This document shows, in pieces, positions 58,083 through 64,000 of a stretch of 64,000 bases of DNA (position 1 is the stretch's first letter; every line of letters begins with the position of its first letter). The stretch lies in assembly GCA_002506085.1 (NCBI GenBank), contig DAWV01000017.1:2602-66601 (forward strand). The letters run 5' to 3'. Position numbers and translations under genes: made by a program. The notes beneath the pieces were generated by a model. That model made no database searches, had not been told where the DNA came from, and saw only the letters and a list, made by a program, of their open reading frames with translations. This DNA comes from Methanocorpusculaceae archaeon UBA425. Its GTDB lineage: Archaea > Halobacteriota > Methanomicrobia > Methanomicrobiales > Methanocorpusculaceae.

Positions 58083-58282
58083 GGATGGAGTGAAGGTTTC
58101 CTTCACTCCATCCGAAGCGGGGAGCAAATCTCTGATTTGCGACCAAGTAAGTGCGAAGCGGGAAGCAAAACCGTGCGACTCGCGACCAAGTGAGTGCGAA
58201 ACGGGGAGCAAATCTCTGATTTGCGACCAAGCGAGTGAAGCGGGAAACAAAGCCATAAGGTTTTGCGAGTACGAAACGGGAG
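58083..58282 (+). repeat. 14-bp perfect hairpin followed by tandem 41-43 bp palindromic units (variant of the repeat family)
   Basis: Stem 58083-58096 / 58100-58113; units 58113-58153, 58154-58196, 58197-58237, degenerate 58238-58271; GAGCAAATCT.TGATTTGCGAC is shared with copy A. Confidence 0.85.
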
Positions 58283-58426
58283 TAGGTGACCTCACCGAAA
58301 CTTCCGGGAAATCTATACGAAATCAATACAATGACAATGAGACCCCTCTCATTATCCTTTTTTAAGAGCCTGTCAAAAGGAAACATTGCTACCCTTAATT
58401 AATCAAAACATCCATAGTAATACATA

Positions 58427-59920
58427 ATGACTCTAGCATTGCTGTCAGTCTGGGACAAGACGGGAATTCTTGATCTCGCCCGTGCCCTGGATGCAAAAAA
58501 CATTGGTATTTTAAGTTCCGGCGGAACGGCAAAAGCTCTGCGTGAAGCCGGTATTCCGGCAAAAGATGTCTCTGAATACACCGGATTTCCTGAGATGATG
58601 GACGGCCGGGTCAAGACACTTCACCCGAAAGTCCATGGCGGTCTTCTTGGAAGAAGAGGCACCGATGACGGCGTTATGGCAAAATACGGCATCGACGCAA
58701 TCGACATTCTCTGTGTCAACCTCTACCCGTTCGAGGAGATGTCGAAAAAGAACCTCCCTCTCAATGAACTCATTGAGTTCGTCGACATCGGCGGACCTGC
58801 CATGATTCGTGCCGCATCCAAGAACTTCAAGGATGTTGCCGTTTTAACCGACCCGGCGGATTATCCTGCGGCAATCAAAGCAATAAACAACGGCGGATTT
58901 ACTCAGGAAGAGAAACTCCGCCTTGCAGCAAAAGCCTTCACCCGGACGGCAGCCTACGATGCAGCCATTTCCAACTACCTCAACGGTCTCGAAAATGAGT
59001 TCCCGGATGTCTACACCGTTCAGTTTGCAAACGGCAGAAAACTCCGATACGGTGAAAACCCGCATCAGCTTGCCGCAGTCTACGGAACCTCCGGCATCGC
59101 CGGTCAGACCACTCTCCAAGGCAAGGAGATGTCCTACAACAATTATCTCGATGTAAACGCTGCAGTCGGACTCTGCAGAGAATTCACCGGATTTGCGACC
59201 GTAATTGTAAAACACAACAATCCGTGCGGAGTTGCTCTCGGAAAGACTCAGTTGGAATCCTATCTCAAGGCACGGGATGTCGACCCGGTATCTGCCTACG
59301 GCTCGGTTGTTGCAATGAACACACCCGTTGACGCGGAAATCGCCAAAGAAATCTGTTCAACCTTCGTTGAAGTCCTGATTGCCCCGTCGTTCAGTAACGA
59401 GGCACTCGAGATGATGAAGTCAAAACAGAACATGCGTCTTCTGATTCTCCCGCCTGCCGTTCCCGCAGATGAAATCCGCACTATAGACGGCGGAGTTCTC
59501 GTGCAGAGAACACCGGAACACAAAGAAGACTGGAAAGTCGTTTCGAAACGCGCACCGACTGAAGATGAAATCATCGCACTCAAACTTGCCTGGAAGGTAG
59601 TAAAATACGCTAAAAGTAATGCCATCATCTATGCAAACAAGACGGAGACCGTGGGAATCGGCGTTGGTCAGATGAACCGGGTCGACTCTGCAAAAATCGC
59701 CGTCATGAAGGCTGCGGAGTTCGGCAGGACAATGAAAGGAACCGTCATCGGATCTGATGCTTTCCTGCCGTTTTCCGACACGCTTGAAGTCGCGGCTCAA
59801 GCCGGAGCAACTGCCCTTATCCAGCCCGGAGGCTCGATTCGCGATAATGAGGTTCTCGCAAAAGCCGACGAACTTGGCGTCGCGGTCGTATTCACCGGAA
59901 CCAGACACTTCAGACACTAA
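58427..59920 (+). CDS. purH: Bifunctional AICAR transformylase / IMP cyclohydrolase (bacterial type)
   Basis: [53 protein letters not shown]. Confidence 0.96.
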   Translation: MTLALLSVWDKTGILDLARALDAKNIGILSSGGTAKALREAGIPAKDVSEYTGFPEMMDGRVKTLHPKVHGGLLGRRGTDDGVMAKYGIDAIDILCVNLYPFEEMSKKNLPLNELIEFVDIGGPAMIRAASKNFKDVAVLTDPADYPAAIKAINNGGFTQEEKLRLAAKAFTRTAAYDAAISNYLNGLENEFPDVYTVQFANGRKLRYGENPHQLAAVYGTSGIAGQTTLQGKEMSYNNYLDVNAAVGLCREFTGFATVIVKHNNPCGVALGKTQLESYLKARDVDPVSAYGSVVAMNTPVDAEIAKEICSTFVEVLIAPSFSNEALEMMKSKQNMRLLILPPAVPADEIRTIDGGVLVQRTPEHKEDWKVVSKRAPTEDEIIALKLAWKVVKYAKSNAIIYANKTETVGIGVGQMNRVDSAKIAVMKAAEFGRTMKGTVIGSDAFLPFSDTLEVAAQAGATALIQPGGSIRDNEVLAKADELGVAVVFTGTRHFRH

Positions 59921-59937
59921 AAATATATATTCAAAAG

Positions 59938-59970
59938 CAGGGTGAAAGCAAACCCCTGACTTTTTTTTTT
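59938..59970 (+). terminator. Hairpin plus T10 terminator after purH
   Basis: CAGGG...CCCTG stem followed by 10 T. Confidence 0.65.
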
Positions 59971-60028
59971 CGGTCGGGATTACCTGAATCATCTGACCGG
60001 GAGAATTCCGGACGAAAAAAATGAAAAA

Positions 60029-60994
60029 TCAGGGAAGAATGACAGTTCCCATAACCCGAAGTTTTCCGCCGTCGAGATAATGTAAAACCGCTGAATCGCC
60101 CGGTTTATACACGAGCGGGGTTTCCATCTCAATCGTCAGCTTCGGATTATGCCAGTCGGCGCCGTTATCAACTGCGGTGACACGGGCGGAGACAAACTGC
60201 ATCCAGTGTCCGAGAGAAACCACCATCTGTTCCTTAATATCAGACGGCCAGTATTTCACGAGATGTGCCTGACCCGTAATCACCGTCGTATGAGTTACCT
60301 TCGGATCGGTCGTCAGAACATAGCCTCTCTCAAGTTCTTCAGCCTCGATATCCTTCAAAGCGCATCCCACCCGGTCTCCTTCATAAGCCCAGGCAAAATC
60401 ATCATCATGCTTCTGGACAGAACGAATCTGGGCAGTCTTTCCGGTTGGTTCGACCCGCATCTTATCATGCTTACGAATCCAGCCTTCAGCGACACACCCG
60501 AGAATAACCGTTCCGACCCCTTTCACATTAAAGTGATGATCAATCGGGACCGACCCGGTCGCTCCGTCTTTCGGCTCGAGATCCGGCTGTTTTGCGGCAC
60601 GGTCAAGCAGATCTGCCGAAAGTCCGATGAAATCCTCTTCAGCAATCGTATAGTTCTCAAGAACCGTTCCCTTGATAAGGGGAGCGATCTGCTTGGGCTG
60701 AATATAGTTTTTCAGAATAATCGTCCCGTTTCTGACCCCGGCACAGTCCAGCATTAAAATCCACTCGGCTGTCATCGGGGTAATTTCAGAAATTACCACA
60801 ATCGCTTCATGGGCCATAGAAACAACATAATACAGCGGAGCGAGCCGGTCAGGATATCGGGTCGGTTCCAGCAAAGTCACGGTAATATGACCTTTTTTCA
60901 GATTATAGAAAGTGATATCCGTACTGGTTCCCTTTTTACCAAGATCCTTGGCATATCCGTTGGGAGCGAGTACTGCGACGGTTAAGTTTGGCAT
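60029..60994 (-). CDS. EF-Tu/SelB domain II-III-like protein with degenerate G domain
   Basis: PIDHHFNVKGVGTVILG, IRS.Q.HD, GDRVG.ALK; no GxxxxGKS/T P-loop. Confidence 0.8.
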   Translation of the reverse strand: MPNLTVAVLAPNGYAKDLGKKGTSTDITFYNLKKGHITVTLLEPTRYPDRLAPLYYVVSMAHEAIVVISEITPMTAEWILMLDCAGVRNGTIILKNYIQPKQIAPLIKGTVLENYTIAEEDFIGLSADLLDRAAKQPDLEPKDGATGSVPIDHHFNVKGVGTVILGCVAEGWIRKHDKMRVEPTGKTAQIRSVQKHDDDFAWAYEGDRVGCALKDIEAEELERGYVLTTDPKVTHTTVITGQAHLVKYWPSDIKEQMVVSLGHWMQFVSARVTAVDNGADWHNPKLTIEMETPLVYKPGDSAVLHYLDGGKLRVMGTVILP

Positions 60995-61151
60995 GATACT
61001 ACTCATTGGTGTTTTTGGGTGATTAGAGTTGTGGATTTTCTATCCCGGGTTTTTATGCCCCGGCAGCAAAGTTATAGAACAACCCGAATAGTACCTTTTT
61101 AAGTAAAAAAAGCCCAAAACATTTAATACTCATTCATGCACATTAACAAAT

Positions 61152-61334
61152 ATGAAAAATGTGAAAATGTCTGTTGATGGTGACATACTAACTATCAAAG
61201 TGAATCTTACAGAGGAAAATGGACCTTCATCTTCCGGTAAGACCATGATGATTGGTTCGAGCATGGGGAACAAACCGGATTCACGTAAGTTCCCTGATAT
61301 TAGAGTCGGTGTCAACGTATACAAGAAGATTTAA
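61152..61334 (+). CDS. Conserved small hypothetical protein
   Basis: MKNV.M.V.G.ILTI.V.L...GPSSSGKT..I.S..GN...I.VG.NVY.K pattern, recalled from methanogen and bacterial small proteins; TATA-like region upstream. Confidence 0.7.
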   Translation: MKNVKMSVDGDILTIKVNLTEENGPSSSGKTMMIGSSMGNKPDSRKFPDIRVGVNVYKKI

Positions 61335-61398
61335 TTCTTCCCATCTCCTCAGTGTTGTGTGTGTGTGTAATACGCTAACGTTTGACTAAGGTTATCCC

Positions 61399-62076
61399 AT
61401 GCATCCCTATGTAATTATCAATGCGGCCATAAGTGCTGACGGCAAACTTGCCACGAAAGAGCGGAAGCAGACAAAAATCTCCGGTACGGATGATTTTTTT
61501 CGTGTTGATGCATTACGTGCACAGTCCGACGCAATAATGGTTGGAATTGGTACTGTCCTCTCGGATGATCCCTCGCTTCGTGTAAAAAGCGAGGAGTATG
61601 CCGCGGAACGCAGGGCGAGCGGGAAAGACCCCCATCCGATGAGAATTGTGATTGACAGCATGGCACGGATGCCTGCCGATGGCGATATGTTCAAAAAAGG
61701 ACTTGGCCGCGTGGTCATTTTCGTCTCGGAAAAAGCTCCAAAGGACAGATGTGATGCCCTTAGGGAAAAGGCAGCCGTAATCTGTGCCGGTAAAGATTCA
61801 GTTGATCTGGGCCTTGTCCTGGATGAACTGGGAACTCTTGGAGTAAAACAGCTCATGGTCGAAGGCGGTGCTACGCTTTTGTGGTCGTTATTGAGCAGCG
61901 GTCTTTTTGATGAAATCAGAACCTACATTGGTGCCCTGATTATCGGCGGAAAGGATGCTCCGACCCTCGCAGACGGTGAAGGCTTTACGAATCCTGATGA
62001 GTTCCCCCGTCTTACGCTGAAAAACATCGAGCGGATTGATGACGGCGTCCTTCTTACGTGGATGAAAAAAACGTGA
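61399..62076 (+). CDS. arfC: 2,5-diamino-6-ribosylamino-4(3H)-pyrimidinone 5'-phosphate reductase
   Basis: NAAISADGK, DAIMVGIGTV..D.P.L, LMVEGG, GGKDAPTL.DG.G. Confidence 0.92.
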   Translation: MHPYVIINAAISADGKLATKERKQTKISGTDDFFRVDALRAQSDAIMVGIGTVLSDDPSLRVKSEEYAAERRASGKDPHPMRIVIDSMARMPADGDMFKKGLGRVVIFVSEKAPKDRCDALREKAAVICAGKDSVDLGLVLDELGTLGVKQLMVEGGATLLWSLLSSGLFDEIRTYIGALIIGGKDAPTLADGEGFTNPDEFPRLTLKNIERIDDGVLLTWMKKT

Positions 62077-62082
62077 GTCTCT

Positions 62083-63642
62083 CTATTTTATCAGCCGCTT
62101 TTTTCTGAGTAATCTGTTATAATCAATGGCGAACCGGTGAGCCTCGTCACGGATTTCCTGCAGATACATGTTCGCCTTTGTCTTTTTATCGAACGGAAGC
62201 GGGAACGGAACGCCGGTTACAAACACTTCCTCCTCCGACTTCGCAAGGGAGATGAGCGGGATATCCGCATCCAGAGCATCCAGCACCTTTTTCGCTGATG
62301 AAAGCTGCCCTTTTCCGCCATCGACCAGAATCAGGTCGGGGAGGGGGTTTTCCTCGTCGATCAGCCGGCTGTATCTCCGGCGGATAACTTCCGCCATTGA
62401 CGCAAAATCATCGATTCCCTCAACGGTTTTTATCCGGAACCGCCGATAGTTTTTCTTATCAGGTTTGCCCCCGCGGAACTGAACCATGGATGCCACCGTG
62501 TCCGTGCCGGATAAATGCGAGATATCGAAACATTCCACGACATTCGGGGGTGTCTTCATATGAAGTGCCGCCTGGAGCTCCATCACTTTGAGTTCCTCGC
62601 CGAAATGCACGGTCTCGATGTTTTTCCCGGCAAGTTCCAGCAGTTTCTTTTTTGCTCCCTGCTGCGGAACCGTGATTTTAACCACATGCCCGGCAGTCTT
62701 TCCGAGATATGCCGCTAGTCCCTCATCGAGTTCCTCTTCCACGATGACTTCCTTTGGTACGGGATTTTCCGTATAATACCGGGAGACAAACTCCTCGAAG
62801 AACCCATCGGTCATGTCGAATATGAACTCTTCCCTGCCTCCGAGCGTTCCCTTGTATACATGGAACACCATGAGATATACGGTCTCATCCGCCACGCGGT
62901 AGGCGATGACGTCTTCGTCATGATCGGTTTTTCTCGCAACATACTGGCGGGAGGAGAGGTTTTCGACTGCCGTTATCATGTCACGGCAAAGAAGGGCTGC
63001 TTCGAACTCGGCGTTCTTCGAGTAGGCCGCCATCTCCTCTTCGAGTTTGTTTTTGATTTCCCGGGTGTTTCCTTTCAGAACATCTGCGGCGTAGGCACAT
63101 TGTTTTGCGTATTCATCCCGGGAAATATGCCCCCCGCATGGTCCGGGACAATGCCCGATGTGGTATCTGAGGCACGGCCGGTTCTTCGGCATCTTTTTGC
63201 AGGACCGGAGTCTGAAGGTTTTTTTCACGACCGAAAGGACATAGTCCCGCTCTTTTGCCGAGACGAACGGTCCGAAAAACTGCCCGCTGCCCCGGGTATT
63301 TCGTGCGATGGTGATTCTTGGAAACGGCTCTTTGGTGAGCTCGATGTATGCATAGGATTTGGCGTCTTTGAGGTCGATGTTGTATTTCGGCTGATGATGT
63401 TTGATGAGGGTATTTTCGAGAAGGTATGCCTCTTCATTGGTTCCGGTTACGATGTATTCGAACGAGCGGATTGTTTCGACGAGTTTCCGTGTCTTTGGGT
63501 CATGGTCTTTTTTCTGAAAATAGGATGAGACGCGTTTTCGGAGATCCTTTGCCTTTCCTACATAAATTATCGTGCCTTCAAGGTCTTTGTAAAGGTAGCA
63601 GCCCGGCGAGTGGGGGATATCGTTTAGGTCAAAAGGCGGCAT
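62083..63642 (-). CDS. uvrC: Excinuclease ABC subunit C
   Basis: PGCYLY, YVGKAKDLRKRVSSYF (GIY-YIG), ECFDISH, PDLILVDGGKGQL, RDEAHRFAI. Confidence 0.96.
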   Translation of the reverse strand: MPPFDLNDIPHSPGCYLYKDLEGTIIYVGKAKDLRKRVSSYFQKKDHDPKTRKLVETIRSFEYIVTGTNEEAYLLENTLIKHHQPKYNIDLKDAKSYAYIELTKEPFPRITIARNTRGSGQFFGPFVSAKERDYVLSVVKKTFRLRSCKKMPKNRPCLRYHIGHCPGPCGGHISRDEYAKQCAYAADVLKGNTREIKNKLEEEMAAYSKNAEFEAALLCRDMITAVENLSSRQYVARKTDHDEDVIAYRVADETVYLMVFHVYKGTLGGREEFIFDMTDGFFEEFVSRYYTENPVPKEVIVEEELDEGLAAYLGKTAGHVVKITVPQQGAKKKLLELAGKNIETVHFGEELKVMELQAALHMKTPPNVVECFDISHLSGTDTVASMVQFRGGKPDKKNYRRFRIKTVEGIDDFASMAEVIRRRYSRLIDEENPLPDLILVDGGKGQLSSAKKVLDALDADIPLISLAKSEEEVFVTGVPFPLPFDKKTKANMYLQEIRDEAHRFAIDYNRLLRKKRLIK

Positions 63643-63655
63643 TTCCGGCAGCTTA

Positions 63656-63910
63656 ATGTATGGACGAAACTATCTTAAATACATGGTTGTTCCTTGTTTA
63701 TCATGTTCCCGGATGGCTACCCACGAATATACTTATGACAAAGAACGGGATTTCTATAATTACCGCATTACCTGTAAACTGGGAATCAGTATTCCGGATC
63801 CTGTGCCGAAAGACGGATTCACCTGCGATAAATATGAGAACAGACTTGCATCGATGCCGCGTACGGTTCGAAGCCAGTGTACAATAGAACTTGATGAGAA
63901 ACGAACCTGA
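63656..63910 (+). CDS. Small Cys-rich hypothetical protein
   Basis: 84 aa ORF divergent from uvrC with CLSC and further Cys; start uncertain (63683 possible). Confidence 0.4.
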   Translation: MYGRNYLKYMVVPCLSCSRMATHEYTYDKERDFYNYRITCKLGISIPDPVPKDGFTCDKYENRLASMPRTVRSQCTIELDEKRT

Positions 63911-64000
63911 TTTCCGGGTTTGATAAAGAGTTCCCCCTGTTTTTCCTGATTTATTTTCTCCGTCCGTAAGGAGATTCATGATACAATACGGTTCATGATA

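Noticed and set aside
58113-58282. CRISPR array
   Set aside because: The variable parts are short self-complementary hairpins, two are identical (units 1 and 3), the unit length of 41-43 bp leaves no real spacers, and there are no cas genes.
60029-60994. Selenocysteine-specific elongation factor SelB
   Set aside because: No GTPase motifs; no in-frame UGA ORFs or tRNA-Sec seen.
61355-61368. (GT)n microsatellite
   Set aside because: Only about 6 units in a short intergenic region; no evidence of function.
1262-63528. Long antisense or overlapping ORFs (e.g. 1262-2038, 24313-24918, 26375-27028, 57305-58018, 59420-59992, 60149-60757, 62860-63528)
   Set aside because: Shadow ORFs over well-supported genes, with no recognisable motifs.
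63701-64000. uvrA/uvrB fragment at the right edge
   Set aside because: No frame shows UvrA/UvrB motifs in the available sequence.
1-64000. Transposases, integrases, prophage, rRNA, pyrrolysine read-through genes
   Set aside because: None recognisable in the ORF track or by manual reading.

Overview
Archaeal chromosomal window, most consistent with a Methanocorpusculum-like methanogen (Methanomicrobiales; inferred from gene content, not from a database search). 1-26.5 kb is a corrinoid/tetrapyrrole and Co/Ni-uptake region. It holds cbiP (partial), an FmdE-family gene, a BtuFCD-type ABC importer with trmO and cbiX/cfbA, cbiMNQO, an orphan cbiM, a methyltransferase with a Dpp/Nik-type ABC importer, the cbiTLFGHCDE operon, a second cbiQ/cbiO pair and cbiA. 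26.5-33 kb has a ClC channel, a cyclase / DmpG-like aldolase / TrmB / SDR module, two small membrane proteins and tRNA-Arg(GCG). 33.7-49.5 kb is a surface-glycan cluster (ATP-grasp, PHP, GT4 x3, GT2, AsnB, PIG-L, DUF354, WecB, deacetylase). 49.8-64 kb is housekeeping (thiD, AIR-synthase-like, MFS, grpE-dnaK-dnaJ, purH, EF-Tu-domain protein, arfC, uvrC). No transposase, integrase, CRISPR array or rRNA was found. The most unusual observations: (1) a modular palindromic intergenic repeat family at four sites, with an apparent empty-site/filled-site pair; (2) a CbiM N-terminus fused to CbiQ, with the metal-ligand His replaced by Gln; (3) a 41-codon remnant of a second binding protein; (4) near-identical promoters upstream of cbiMN and cbiQO; (5) a candidate structured RNA next to the tRNA.
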